Position numbers and translations under genes: made by a program. Below are positions 11,302-21,480 of a stretch of DNA of 64,000 nucleotides, piece after piece. This DNA comes from an uncultured cyanobacterium (GTDB lineage Bacteria; Cyanobacteriota; Cyanobacteriia; Cyanobacteriales; Nostocaceae), in contig CAVUDP010000002.1 in NCBI GenBank assembly GCA_963740315.1, positions 768,001 to 832,000 of the forward strand, given 5' to 3'. Positions within the stretch are counted from its first letter, which is position 1; the number at the start of each line of letters is the position of its first letter. The notes under the pieces are model-generated. The model was not told the origin of the DNA and did not search any database. It was given only the letters and a program-made list of their open reading frames with translations.

Positions 11302-11663
11302 AAAAGATGTTTGCTTTTCTAGTAATTCAATAATTTACAAACAATATTCTCTGTTCGCAGTCAATAACAGCCAAATATTAGTGAGAAAATGATTAATATT
11401 TACGCAAATTGAGGTTAGAGACAAACTGTAAAATTAGTTGCTATTTTCTACCAGAAAGTTCCCTGGATGAAGTTTAGCATGGTAATTTAGTTTTAAATAT
11501 TAGCAAATAGATACTTTATTGTACAGGTATATTTATAAATTCAATTAATCGCGAATATCGGTTAAAGCCTTAACATTGACATTAACAATAACGCTGACAT
11601 TGACATTAACATTGTCATTTGAATAATCAAAAAACCGCAGAGGGAAGAGATTATGAGAAGTTA

Positions 11664-12308
11664 CTAATTAAGAAACGATCTTTCTAAATCAACTATCTCA
11701 GAGACACAATCGGGTATTTCTTTGATTGGATTATCATGTAGAGTAAGTTTTTCTAAATTAGTCAGCTTACAAATAGAACTAGAAACTTCTTCTAATTGAT
11801 TATCTTCTAAAAAGAGATATTTTAAATTAGTTAATTCAAAAAGCTCTTCTGGTAGCTCTGTTAAATTATTTCCTCTCAAATCAAGCGATTCTAGATTTTG
11901 AAGTTGAGATATATCTGCTGGGAGCTTATCTATTTGATTAAAACTTAAAACTAAGCCAGTTAAGCTTGTAAGTTGAAAAATAACTGAAGGAATAGATACT
12001 AATTCATTCTCTTCCAAATAAAGTTCGTATAGATTAGTTAGTTGAGTCAAATCTTCAGGAAGAGTTTCGATTTTGTTATTGTCTAAAATCAAATAGCTTA
12101 AATTAGTTAGTTGAGATATCTCTGTGGGAATATTTTTCAAACGGTTGTAGCTTAAATCTAATTCAGATAAAGAGTCTATTTCAAAAATTTCGGCTGGTAT
12201 TTCCGTTAAATTATAATTACCTAAATCAAAACAACCCCAATATTCTTCTTTCGCTAACTTCATCTGTTTTTGAATCTCAACCCAGTTGATTTTGCGGTAA
12301 TTATGCAT
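11664..12308 (-). CDS. Leucine-rich repeat protein
   Basis: About 7 copies of 23-aa LxxLxLxxNxLxxLPxxI repeats. Confidence 0.9.
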   Translation of the reverse strand: MHNYRKINWVEIQKQMKLAKEEYWGCFDLGNYNLTEIPAEIFEIDSLSELDLSYNRLKNIPTEISQLTNLSYLILDNNKIETLPEDLTQLTNLYELYLEENELVSIPSVIFQLTSLTGLVLSFNQIDKLPADISQLQNLESLDLRGNNLTELPEELFELTNLKYLFLEDNQLEEVSSSICKLTNLEKLTLHDNPIKEIPDCVSEIVDLERSFLN

Positions 12309-12598
12309 ATTTTAATTTACCTATAAATCTTAAATAATAAAGTATTTAAAACGGTGCGTTAGGCGCGAAATACAGACATTTTTTCGTAATCCAAATTAGT
12401 TGTCGCGCCATAACACACCCTACAATTAATCTCTCTTTATCTCTTTCCTCAGCGAACAAGCGCGTCTAGTAAGGTTTTTTTAATCGATAATCTTCACTAA
12501 TTAAAAAATAATAATGGTGCTGCTAAATCAAAATATAAAGTGATGATTTCAAATTGCTGGAGACGTAGCACTGCTACGTCTCTACAATAATGCCCAAC

Positions 12599-14530
12599 TC
12601 ATTCATCAATCTCGGCTAATTCCATCCACCTTTCCGTGGCTTTATCGATATCTTTCTTCAATTTCTCTACCTTTTCAAAAAGCTCCTGAACTTTAGAATA
12701 ATCTCCAGCAGCTTTGGTTAACCCCATTTCCGCTTCCACTTTCTCTTCTTCTAATTGAGCAATCTTTCCTTCTAACTGCTCGAATTCTTTCCTTTCCCAA
12801 TTCGATAAACGACGCTTCTTTTTATTATCTTCCTTTGTAACTTTAGTCTCTACTTTCTGCGTTTGGTACTTCGGCTTTTCTTTCTCTAACTCAGCTTGCA
12901 GTTGCTTTGCTTTCGCTTCTTCGGCTCTCTTAAAATCCAAATACACCGAATAATTACCGGGAAATTCCCGAATCTTCGTATCTTCAAAAGCAAAAATTCT
13001 ATCGATGGTGCGGTCTAAAAAGTAGCGATCGTGAGATACTACTATTACACAACCTTTGAAGTCTTCTAAATAATCTTCCAATACCGCTAAAGTTTGGACA
13101 TCTAAATCGTTTGTCGGTTCGTCTAATATTAAAACATTCGGCGCACTCATTAAAACTCGTAACAAAAATAAGCGCCGTTTTTCACCGCCGGAAAGTTTAT
13201 TAATTGGTGCATATTGCTGATTCGGGGGAAACAAAAACCTCTCCAACATTTGAGAAGCACTAATTCTAGTTCCATCGGCAGTTTCAATAAATTCTGCACC
13301 TTCTTGTTTGATATAATCAATCACTCGCTGCGAATCGTTGGAAGCACCAATCAATTCTTCCGAATGCTGATCGAAATAACCAATATAAACTGTAGAGCCA
13401 ATATCAACTTCACCCGTATCCGGTTGTTCTCTTCCGGTAATAATATTGATTAAAGTGGATTTTCCCGCACCGTTTTCACCAATTATGCCGACTCTATCTT
13501 CCGGACTAAATTCGTAGGTAAAATCTTTAAATAAAGTGCGATTATCAAAGGATTTCGAGATATTATTAATTTCAATAACTTTCTTACCAATGCGACGACT
13601 AGCAGTAGAAATATCGACTTTTCCTTGAGTTTGTTTAAACTCAGTCCCCTGCATCTCTCTAACTCGATCTATTCTCGCTTTCTGCTTGGTACTTCTGGCT
13701 TTTGGTCCTTTTTTTAACCATTCTAATTCTCGCCGCAATACTCCTTTAAACTTTTGCTGACTGCTGGCTGCGGATTCTTCTGCTTCGGCTTTCTTTTGTA
13801 AATAATATGAATAGTTACCAGAATATGTATAAAAGTCGCCGCGATCGATTTCAATAATTCTATTCGTTACCTTATCCAAAAAATAGCGATCGTGAGTAAT
13901 TAATAATAAAGCGCCATTTCTGCGATTTAAATAACTTTGCAGCCACTCTACAGAATCAGCATCTAAATGGTTTGTCGGCTCGTCCATTAACAATAAATCT
14001 GGTTCGGATAACAAAGCTGTCGCTAAAGCAATCCGCTTGCGATAACCGCCAGATAAAGTACCAATTATGGCATCAAAATCCGTAATTCCTAACTGAGAAA
14101 GAATTATTTTGGCGTTGGTTTCTACCTCCCAAGCACCAATAATATCCATTCGAGAAGTCACTTCACCCAAACGCGATAATAATTGATTATCTTGGGGATT
14201 TTTAGCTAATTTATCGGAGATTTCTTCATATTCGCGCACCAAATTCATTTGCTCGCCACTGTCGGCAAATATCTGCTCCAAAACCGTGCGACTTTCATCT
14301 AAATCTGGCTGTTGCGGTAAATATATAACCTTAGCACCGGCATTTACAATAATCTCCCCGCCATCAATCGGTTCCATCCCAGCAATCATTTTTAATAATG
14401 TAGATTTACCGGAACCGTTAGTACCAATTAAGCCAACCTTCTCATCAGCATCCAAGCTAAAAGAAGCATCTTTAAGAATTTCCTTGATGCCAAAATCTTT
14501 TTTGACAGATTGTAATGTAATAACACCCAT
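12599..14530 (-). CDS. ABC-F family ATPase (Uup-like)
   Basis: Two ABC domains (GTNGSGKS, GENGAGKS; DEPTNHLD, DEPTNDLD), no TM segments, C-terminal coiled coil ending ERWMELAE. Confidence 0.92.
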   Translation of the reverse strand: MGVITLQSVKKDFGIKEILKDASFSLDADEKVGLIGTNGSGKSTLLKMIAGMEPIDGGEIIVNAGAKVIYLPQQPDLDESRTVLEQIFADSGEQMNLVREYEEISDKLAKNPQDNQLLSRLGEVTSRMDIIGAWEVETNAKIILSQLGITDFDAIIGTLSGGYRKRIALATALLSEPDLLLMDEPTNHLDADSVEWLQSYLNRRNGALLLITHDRYFLDKVTNRIIEIDRGDFYTYSGNYSYYLQKKAEAEESAASSQQKFKGVLRRELEWLKKGPKARSTKQKARIDRVREMQGTEFKQTQGKVDISTASRRIGKKVIEINNISKSFDNRTLFKDFTYEFSPEDRVGIIGENGAGKSTLINIITGREQPDTGEVDIGSTVYIGYFDQHSEELIGASNDSQRVIDYIKQEGAEFIETADGTRISASQMLERFLFPPNQQYAPINKLSGGEKRRLFLLRVLMSAPNVLILDEPTNDLDVQTLAVLEDYLEDFKGCVIVVSHDRYFLDRTIDRIFAFEDTKIREFPGNYSVYLDFKRAEEAKAKQLQAELEKEKPKYQTQKVETKVTKEDNKKKRRLSNWERKEFEQLEGKIAQLEEEKVEAEMGLTKAAGDYSKVQELFEKVEKLKKDIDKATERWMELAEIDE

Positions 14531-14893
14531 AGGATTTTAGATTTTAGATTTTAGATTTTAGATTAGGACTTACCTAACACCATATATTATTTAAATGTAG
14601 TAAGGACTTTAGTCCTGATATGAGAGGGAACCAATGCGCTTACTACAAACTGAATTTTATTAAATAAACAATTTTATTCCACTCCAAGGCACCATCTAAT
14701 AAAAGTCTTGTGGGATAGGCTTCGCTTGCCCCGTCCGAAATTAGCTGTAATTTAGACTGAAAGCCGTAAAACACCAACAAATAATGGTGCGTTACGGCTA
14801 TTTTAAATCTTCGAGGTGTAATTACATTAATTAAAGCCGTAACACATCCTACAAATTATCTTCCAATGCCCAATGCCCAATGCCCAAGATAAT

Positions 14894-15310
14894 TTAATCA
14901 AATAAATCTAAGGGTAAATGTCCGTACATATGGTTCATTCCACCTTCCGAAGAAGACTGACAAGAAACTAAAACCCCACGATGATGTCCCAAATAGGAAT
15001 CAATGTAGCACAAGCCATTTTTTCCATTTAACTTGATGTAAATTGGACCTTCAATTAAAGGTAAATTACTTGGAGGCTGATATCCCAATGCTTTGGAATA
15101 ACTTTCCATTGCTTTTATTCCTTCTTCGGTGGTATCGGCAGAAATACCCAGAATTTGATAATCGCTAAGACTAGCAAGCAAAGTCAAAGCCCCACGGACT
15201 GAAATTTTTTCTGATGGCTTCAGTTGGGCTGCAATATCAACAAAGTCATATTTGCTTAATATTTTTTTGGCTTCTTCAACCGTAAGTTGGGTTTGGGGTT
15301 TGCTTGTCAT
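14894..15310 (-). CDS. DUF1824-family cyanobacterial protein
   Basis: C-terminal RGVLVSCQ...YGHLPLDLF motif; downstream of the SPFH gene. Confidence 0.8.
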   Translation of the reverse strand: MTSKPQTQLTVEEAKKILSKYDFVDIAAQLKPSEKISVRGALTLLASLSDYQILGISADTTEEGIKAMESYSKALGYQPPSNLPLIEGPIYIKLNGKNGLCYIDSYLGHHRGVLVSCQSSSEGGMNHMYGHLPLDLFD

Positions 15311-15382
15311 AAGCCTTAAAAGGAATCTACTAGGGGTTTACTTCGTATGGCGTAGAGTTTCTACTCTACCAAAAATTTACAG

Positions 15383-16231
15383 TTACGATTGATCTTGTAT
15401 GTTACTTAAATTGAACAAAAATGGCACGCTACTATTTGACTCACCTCCCATCACAAGAACTTTTGGCATTTGAGCGCCTCCACTTCTCCAGGCTTCAATA
15501 GCTTCTTTTTGTAACACTAACTCTCCACCTTGAGCTTTTAAAGTTTCAGCTAACAGTTTTTGGGCTTCTGCTCTACCTCTAGCGCGGTTGATGTCGGCGA
15601 ATGCTTCTTGCTCGGCTTCTGCTGCTACATAAACTGCTCTTTGCGATCGCTGTTCGGCAATTTGCTTTTCTTCAACTGCTTTGGCAAATTCAGGAGAGAA
15701 AGTTAAGTCAATGACGCTAGTATCTAATATTATCACTCCATATTTATTCAAACGTTCTCCTAGAGCGTTATCAAAATCATTTTTCAATTCTTCTCTTTTG
15801 GTAATAGCTTCTTCTACAGTTCTTCTCGCTGCGGCAACTTTAAAAGATTCCTGAGTTTGCGGTGCAATAATTTTCGAGACGATGTTTTCTAAACTTCCCT
15901 GTTTTCTTCTAATTTCAACAACTTCTACAGAATCTATCCGAAAGTTGATCGCAAATTTTGCCGTCAATTGCTGCAAATCTTTGGTAGAACTTTGCGCGGG
16001 AATTTCGTATTTCTGTACCGTCACATCATATATATCTACATTAGAAATTACTGGGGGTTTGAAATGAATACCTTCAAGTAAAGCACCATCTTGAGCTTTT
16101 CCTAATATACTCAATACTCCGGCTTGACCGGGATTTATAATTACAAATGAATTCAGGCTGAAAACAACAAGTATTGCTACTAGAGTTCCTGCAACTGCGG
16201 CTTGCCAACTACCTAATTGTTGACTTTTCAA
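15383..16231 (-). CDS. Prohibitin/SPFH (band 7) protein
   Basis: N-terminal TM segment, SSTKDLQ, FSPEFAKAVEEKQIAEQ. Confidence 0.92.
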   Translation of the reverse strand: MKSQQLGSWQAAVAGTLVAILVVFSLNSFVIINPGQAGVLSILGKAQDGALLEGIHFKPPVISNVDIYDVTVQKYEIPAQSSTKDLQQLTAKFAINFRIDSVEVVEIRRKQGSLENIVSKIIAPQTQESFKVAAARRTVEEAITKREELKNDFDNALGERLNKYGVIILDTSVIDLTFSPEFAKAVEEKQIAEQRSQRAVYVAAEAEQEAFADINRARGRAEAQKLLAETLKAQGGELVLQKEAIEAWRSGGAQMPKVLVMGGESNSSVPFLFNLSNIQDQS

Positions 16232-16389
16232 ATTAATACTCCTTTTTATGTGAATTATCAGTTATCAATGAACAATTATCAAGAAACAATTATCAATTCG
16301 TAGATGGTATAGGTGATACTGTTCCAAACCTCCCACACCATAAATCTTTATTCATTGATTGATAATTGATAATTGTCCATTAATATTTC

Positions 16390-18246
16390 GTGGTAATATT
16401 AAATTCCACGCATTTACCAAAAACTGTGGCTCAAGTACTCAAATCCAATCGGTTGCAAAAACAGCGTCGGGATTCAGCGCATCCGTTGAAACGCTTGCTT
16501 GATTACGGGCATGATTATCGCCAAAAAATCAGGCTGGCGGTAGTATGTTCTATTCTCAATAAACTATTCGACTTGGCACCTCCGGTGTTAATTGGCTTCG
16601 CCGTTGATGTTGTTGTCAAACAGGAAGATTCTATCATTGCCAGTTGGGGAATCAAAGATATTTTTTGGCAATTTTTAATACTTTCTTTTTTAACGGTTGT
16701 TATCTGGGTATTAGAGTCGGTTTTTGAATATGCTTTAGAAACCCTATGGCGTAATTTAGCGCAGAGCATTCAGCACGATTTGCGTTTGGATGCCTACAAG
16801 CATTTACAAAATTTAGAATTAGCTTACTTTGAAGAACGCAGTACTGGCGGTTTGATGTCTATCCTTAGCGATGATATCAACCAGTTGGAACGCTTTTTGG
16901 ATGTGGGAGCTAACGATTTATTGCAAACTGCTACAACTATTGTAATCCTTGGTGGTGCATTCTTTATCTTAGCTCCAAACGTGGCATGGATGACCATGTT
17001 ACCGATTCCGTTTATCCTTTGGGGTACATTCGCTTACCAAGATTTGCTCGAACCCCGTTACGCCGATGTCCGCGAAAAGCTGAGTTTTCTTAACTCTCGT
17101 TTATCAAATAATTTAAGCGGTATTACTACTATTAAAAGTTTTACTGCCGAAGATTATGAAAGCAAACGTTTAGAATCAGATAGTGAAGCTTATCGCCGCA
17201 GTAATGGTAAAGCAATTAAACTTTCTGCTGCTTTTGTACCCTTAATTAGAATGTTAATTTTAATCGGGTTCACGGCACTATTACTATTTGGTGGAATGTC
17301 CGCAGTTAATGGTAAAATGACTGTAGGAACTTACAGCGTTTTAGTCTTTTTAACTCAACGATTGCTTTGGCCCCTAACAAGATTGGGACAAACTTTCGAT
17401 CTATATCAAAGGGCGATGGCTTCCACCAATCGCGTCATGAATTTATTAGATACTCCTATTACTATTAACCCCGGAAATATCGATTTACCCATTGAAAAAG
17501 TACGCGGCGAAATCGAGTTTAATAACGTTACTTTTGCTTACAAAGACAGACAGCCAGTAATTAAAAATTTATCCTTAAAAATACCCGCAGGAAAAACGAT
17601 CGCCATTGTGGGTTCCACGGGTTCGGGTAAAAGTACTTTAGTTAAATTATTGTTGCGGTTTTACGAAATAACTTCCGGAAGTATTACCGTTGATAATATC
17701 GATCTACAAAATATCAACCTGCAAGATTTGCGTCGCTGCATCGGTTTGGTAAGTCAAGACGTATTTTTGTTTCACGGTACCGTAGCCGAAAATATTGCTT
17801 ATGGAACCTTCAACGCCAACGACAAAGAAATCATGACAGCCGCCAAAGTTGCAGAAGCACACGTTTTTATTATGCAGCTACCCGAAGGTTATCAAACAAT
17901 AGTCGGCGAGCGCGGACAAAAATTATCTGGAGGGCAAAGACAAAGAATCGCGATCGCAAGAGCAATATTAAAAAATCCCCCCATATTGATCTTAGACGAA
18001 GCCACCTCAGCAGTAGATAACGAAACCGAAGCAGCAATCGCCCGCTCATTAGAAAGAATCACCGTAGATAGAACAACCATTGCGATCGCCCATCGTCTTT
18101 CCACAATTCGCAATTCAGATTGCATATATGTGGTAGAATACGGCGAAATCGTAGAATCCGGTAGTCACGAACAATTATTAGAACACAATGGGATTTATGC
18201 AAGTCTGTGGCGCGTGCAGTCTGGGTTGAAATCAGTTAGCAGTTAG
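16390..18246 (+). CDS. ABC exporter, fused permease/ATPase (true start possibly GTG at 16426)
   Basis: TM domain followed by [26 protein letters not shown]. Confidence 0.92.
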   Translation: MVILNSTHLPKTVAQVLKSNRLQKQRRDSAHPLKRLLDYGHDYRQKIRLAVVCSILNKLFDLAPPVLIGFAVDVVVKQEDSIIASWGIKDIFWQFLILSFLTVVIWVLESVFEYALETLWRNLAQSIQHDLRLDAYKHLQNLELAYFEERSTGGLMSILSDDINQLERFLDVGANDLLQTATTIVILGGAFFILAPNVAWMTMLPIPFILWGTFAYQDLLEPRYADVREKLSFLNSRLSNNLSGITTIKSFTAEDYESKRLESDSEAYRRSNGKAIKLSAAFVPLIRMLILIGFTALLLFGGMSAVNGKMTVGTYSVLVFLTQRLLWPLTRLGQTFDLYQRAMASTNRVMNLLDTPITINPGNIDLPIEKVRGEIEFNNVTFAYKDRQPVIKNLSLKIPAGKTIAIVGSTGSGKSTLVKLLLRFYEITSGSITVDNIDLQNINLQDLRRCIGLVSQDVFLFHGTVAENIAYGTFNANDKEIMTAAKVAEAHVFIMQLPEGYQTIVGERGQKLSGGQRQRIAIARAILKNPPILILDEATSAVDNETEAAIARSLERITVDRTTIAIAHRLSTIRNSDCIYVVEYGEIVESGSHEQLLEHNGIYASLWRVQSGLKSVSS

Positions 18247-18467
18247 CAGTTATCAATGATCAATTATCGGCTAACATTACCATTCATCCCAAGGCGATCG
18301 GTTCATCATGTGTTTTTAATTTGTGAGGGAATGAGTAAAAAAGGTTCGTAGTAAGAGTTTTAACTCTCCAGATTTAGGGCTGAAGTTCCTTAAATCCGGA
18401 GGGGCTGAAGCGCTTACTACGAACCTATCAAAATTAATGTGGCTCCGTACTAGTTACTGATAATTGA

Positions 18468-18743
18468 TTACCCTCCGGCAACAGCGGGAACAATACTAAC
18501 TTCATCGCCATCTTTTAAAGGTGTCGCCGCATTATCTAAAAAGCGGATATCTTCACTATTCACGTATAAATTTAAAAAACGGCGCGGTTTACCGGATTCA
18601 TCGCACAAACGCGCTTTGATACCGGGACAAGCTTTTTCTAAAGAATCGAATAGTTCGGAAATAGTGCTACCGTTACATTCCAAAGTAGCTTGATTATTAG
18701 TGAATTTTTGAAGTGCAGTGGGAACCAGAACTTTTACAGTCAT
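18468..18743 (-). CDS. MoaD/ThiS/CysO-type ubiquitin-like sulfur carrier protein
   Basis: 91 aa ending IVPAVAGG; co-oriented behind the thrC-like gene. Confidence 0.9.
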   Translation of the reverse strand: MTVKVLVPTALQKFTNNQATLECNGSTISELFDSLEKACPGIKARLCDESGKPRRFLNLYVNSEDIRFLDNAATPLKDGDEVSIVPAVAGG

Positions 18744-18872
18744 ATCTTTGAAAATTAGAAATGGAAATGGGGAATTAGAGGGGGGAGAGGGGGAGAGGGG
18801 GGAGAGGGGGTAGAGGGGGTAGAAATAAAATCTCTAATTCCTAACTCCTCACTCCGGTGGTCCTAACTTTAA

Positions 18873-20177
18873 TTAAACCAAAACTTGCTGCCACTCTAAG
18901 CGATCGAGGGTGCGGGAACGTTCGAGGGCTGATTCAAAACTATCGAGTTTTGCGTCAATTGTCAAAGGTTCGCCAACGTAGGGCTGTATGGATTCTTGGG
19001 TTTTTAAGCCGTTGCCGGTAATGTAAACAACTGTGGTTTCTTCGGGGTCAATTTTGCCTGCTTCTACCAGTTTTTTTAATACGGCAACTGTTGTACCACC
19101 AGCAGTTTCTGTAAATATACCTTCGGTTTCCGCGAGCAGTTTCATTCCTTCGATAATTTCAGCGTCGGTGACTGATTCTATATTACCGTTGGTTTTGTTT
19201 GCTATATCTACGGCGTAAATACCATCTGCTGGATTTCCAATTGCAATTGATTTAGCAATGGTATTCGGCTTTTCTGGCTGAATAAAATCGCGCTTTTCTT
19301 TAAACGCTTTGGCGATTGGGGAACATCCTTCGGCTTGTGCGCCACTGAATCGGACATTTTTAGCTTCTACTAAACCAACTTCGACAAACTCGTTAAAGCC
19401 TTTATAAATTTTGCTGAATAACGAACCGCTTGCCAAAGGTGCCACAATATGATCTGGTAGTTCCCAACCTAGTTGTTCGGCGACTTCAAAACCTAATGTT
19501 TTGGAACCTTCGGAATAATAAGGACGTAAATTAATATTGACAAATCCCCATCCGTGTGTATTTGCAACTTCCGAACACAGACGGTTAACTTGATCGTAAT
19601 TTCCCTTAACAGCCATTAAAGTCGGGCTATAAATGAGACTTCCTAAAATTTTACCGGCTTCCAAATCGGCAGGTATGAATACGCAGCAATCTAAACCAGC
19701 ATGAGCTGCGATCGCGGCGGTTGAATTTGCCAAGTTTCCGGTGCTGGCGCAGGATACTGTAGTGAAACCCAATTCCTTAGCGCGAGTCATGGCAACCGAT
19801 ACCACCCTATCTTTGAAGCTAAGGGTAGGCATATTAACGGCATCATTTTTTATATATAGTTTCTTTAAACCCAAGCGACGAGCTAAACGCTGCGATCGAA
19901 CCAAGGGAGTCATACCCGTTCCCACATCAATGGGGTTTTCGCTCGTTACAGGCAAAAATTGACGATAGCGCCATATAGATAATGGTCCCGCTTGAATAGT
20001 TTCGCGAGTTACCGTTTGACGCAATTTGCTGTAATCGTAGCTTACCTCCAAAGGACCAAAACAGAACTCACATACATTTTTAGCTTCAAGTTCGTACTCT
20101 GCGCCGCATTCTTTACACTTGAGAGCATGAAAAGCATGAGTAAGAGTTTGGTTTTGGATGTCGGTTGCCGCTTGCAT
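18873..20177 (-). CDS. thrC: Threonine synthase-family PLP enzyme (possibly a sulfur-carrier-dependent sulfhydrylase)
   Basis: N-terminal CxxC...CxxC, PTLSFKDR (PLP Lys), CASTGN, ITGNGLK. Confidence 0.8.
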   Translation of the reverse strand: MQAATDIQNQTLTHAFHALKCKECGAEYELEAKNVCEFCFGPLEVSYDYSKLRQTVTRETIQAGPLSIWRYRQFLPVTSENPIDVGTGMTPLVRSQRLARRLGLKKLYIKNDAVNMPTLSFKDRVVSVAMTRAKELGFTTVSCASTGNLANSTAAIAAHAGLDCCVFIPADLEAGKILGSLIYSPTLMAVKGNYDQVNRLCSEVANTHGWGFVNINLRPYYSEGSKTLGFEVAEQLGWELPDHIVAPLASGSLFSKIYKGFNEFVEVGLVEAKNVRFSGAQAEGCSPIAKAFKEKRDFIQPEKPNTIAKSIAIGNPADGIYAVDIANKTNGNIESVTDAEIIEGMKLLAETEGIFTETAGGTTVAVLKKLVEAGKIDPEETTVVYITGNGLKTQESIQPYVGEPLTIDAKLDSFESALERSRTLDRLEWQQVLV

Positions 20178-20221
20178 TTGGTATTTCTCCCCGAGAACTA
20201 TTAACTGTCAACTGTCGGCTG

Positions 20222-20277
20222 ATACTAACATGGCTCAAATGCCGAGTCAAACAATCCCGATAGTTTTTGTCGGGATT
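20222..20277 (-). promoter_or_regulatory. Sigma70-type promoter of the thrC-like/moaD operon with a 25-bp palindromic operator
   Basis: Minus strand TTGACT (20250-20245), 17 nt, TG-extended TAGTAT (20227-20222); palindrome AATCCCGA-N9-TCGGGATT at 20253-20277. Confidence 0.65.
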
Positions 20278-20344
20278 AGATTTTATATAGATTTTGCGTG
20301 CAGTTACCAGTTAGGGACTTCCAAAAATAATTTATCTAATAACG

Positions 20345-20570
20345 GTAGTGCGAGCATCTTGCTCGCTATTCTTTGTGGGTATGCCTTCATTATTTGTGTC
20401 ATTGCTCACGAGGGGCGTTAGCGCAGCGTCTCCCTCCGGGAGATAGCAATCGCAAAACTTTGGGATTGCCTAAGTTACTTCGTTCAACTCGCTTCGGACA
20501 AATGTACAATTAATTTTGCCCAGGTACTTATCTCGCTATTTATCTCAAGCGAGCAAGATGCTCGCACTAC
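20345..20570. mobile_element. REP doublet interrupted by a nested MITE-like insertion
   Basis: Perfect 23-bp inverted repeats GTAGTGCGAGCATCTTGCTCGCT (20345-20367 and 20548-20570); CTCGCTATT direct repeat at 20362-20370 and 20532-20540. Confidence 0.6.
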
Positions 20571-21480
20571 ATAATATGAATTCCTTGATGTTCTGTCTTT
20601 TTCTTTTTTATCGCAATTCTCGGATTATCCCCCCTTCCCCCCTTTTTTAAGGGGGGTTAAAGTCCCCCTTTTATAAGGGGGATTTAGGGGGATCTGGATT
20701 TAGAGGGATCTCAAAAGTTGCGAGTTATATTAGTAGCTTTCCCGCGCATCTTGGAACGAGAATAGAAGTAGCAGTTATTAGCGATCGGTTCCAAAAATAT
20801 TCCTAACGACATAGAGACTGAATCTAACTAATCGTGTTTTGATTAAATAGATAGATATAAATTGTTTGAAGTTAGCGTTACGCGCACGCGACTTTAAAAG
20901 GTCATAAGAATCGCCGCAATTCATCTTAATAACCTTTTTTCCTTAGTTGTATACATAAATCTTCACAAAGTTAGAAAAAATTCACTCCCAAATCAAGTAA
21001 TCAATAAAAAAGTAAATAAGCATATAAATAGTGAAAAGCTTTCTAGCTTATCACATGACTTGTGACAAAGTTATGAAAAAACGAGGAAAAATCTACATAA
21101 GCTTTATGTAGTTAATCAAACAATAAATTAAACCGGGAAATTTCTTCTACAGAACCAAATTTCCATATTTATACTGACGATCTAGTAAAGATTTAAATTT
21201 AAGATTTATCTGTCACCAAAAATACTTTTGATATTCCAACCGAATCAGAAAAACCTAAAACAAACTCCATGTTTAAGAGTAAGAGAGTAGCATCCGGACA
21301 TCAGGGCTTACTTCATCTACCACAATAACAGGAAAATATCAAAATAAATTGGTAAAAGTCATACTCAAGAACTAGGGTTTCTAGGTTAAGAAAGCTATTG
21401 GCAATTCTTTAAAGATTTGCAAAAAAAGCCTACGTGTTTACACATAGGCTGAGAAGTCATAATTTGCTATTAATTCTAAA

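Noticed and set aside
20158..20421. 87-aa ORF upstream of the thrC-like gene
   Set aside because: Runs across the promoter, operator and REP elements; no recognisable protein features
20760..21480. Regulatory RNA or known promoter motif in the long leader of the fibre operon (TCCGGA at 21293, TCACA-N5-TGTGA near 21051)
   Set aside because: No riboswitch fold recognised; single short motifs are expected by chance and lack convincing partner elements
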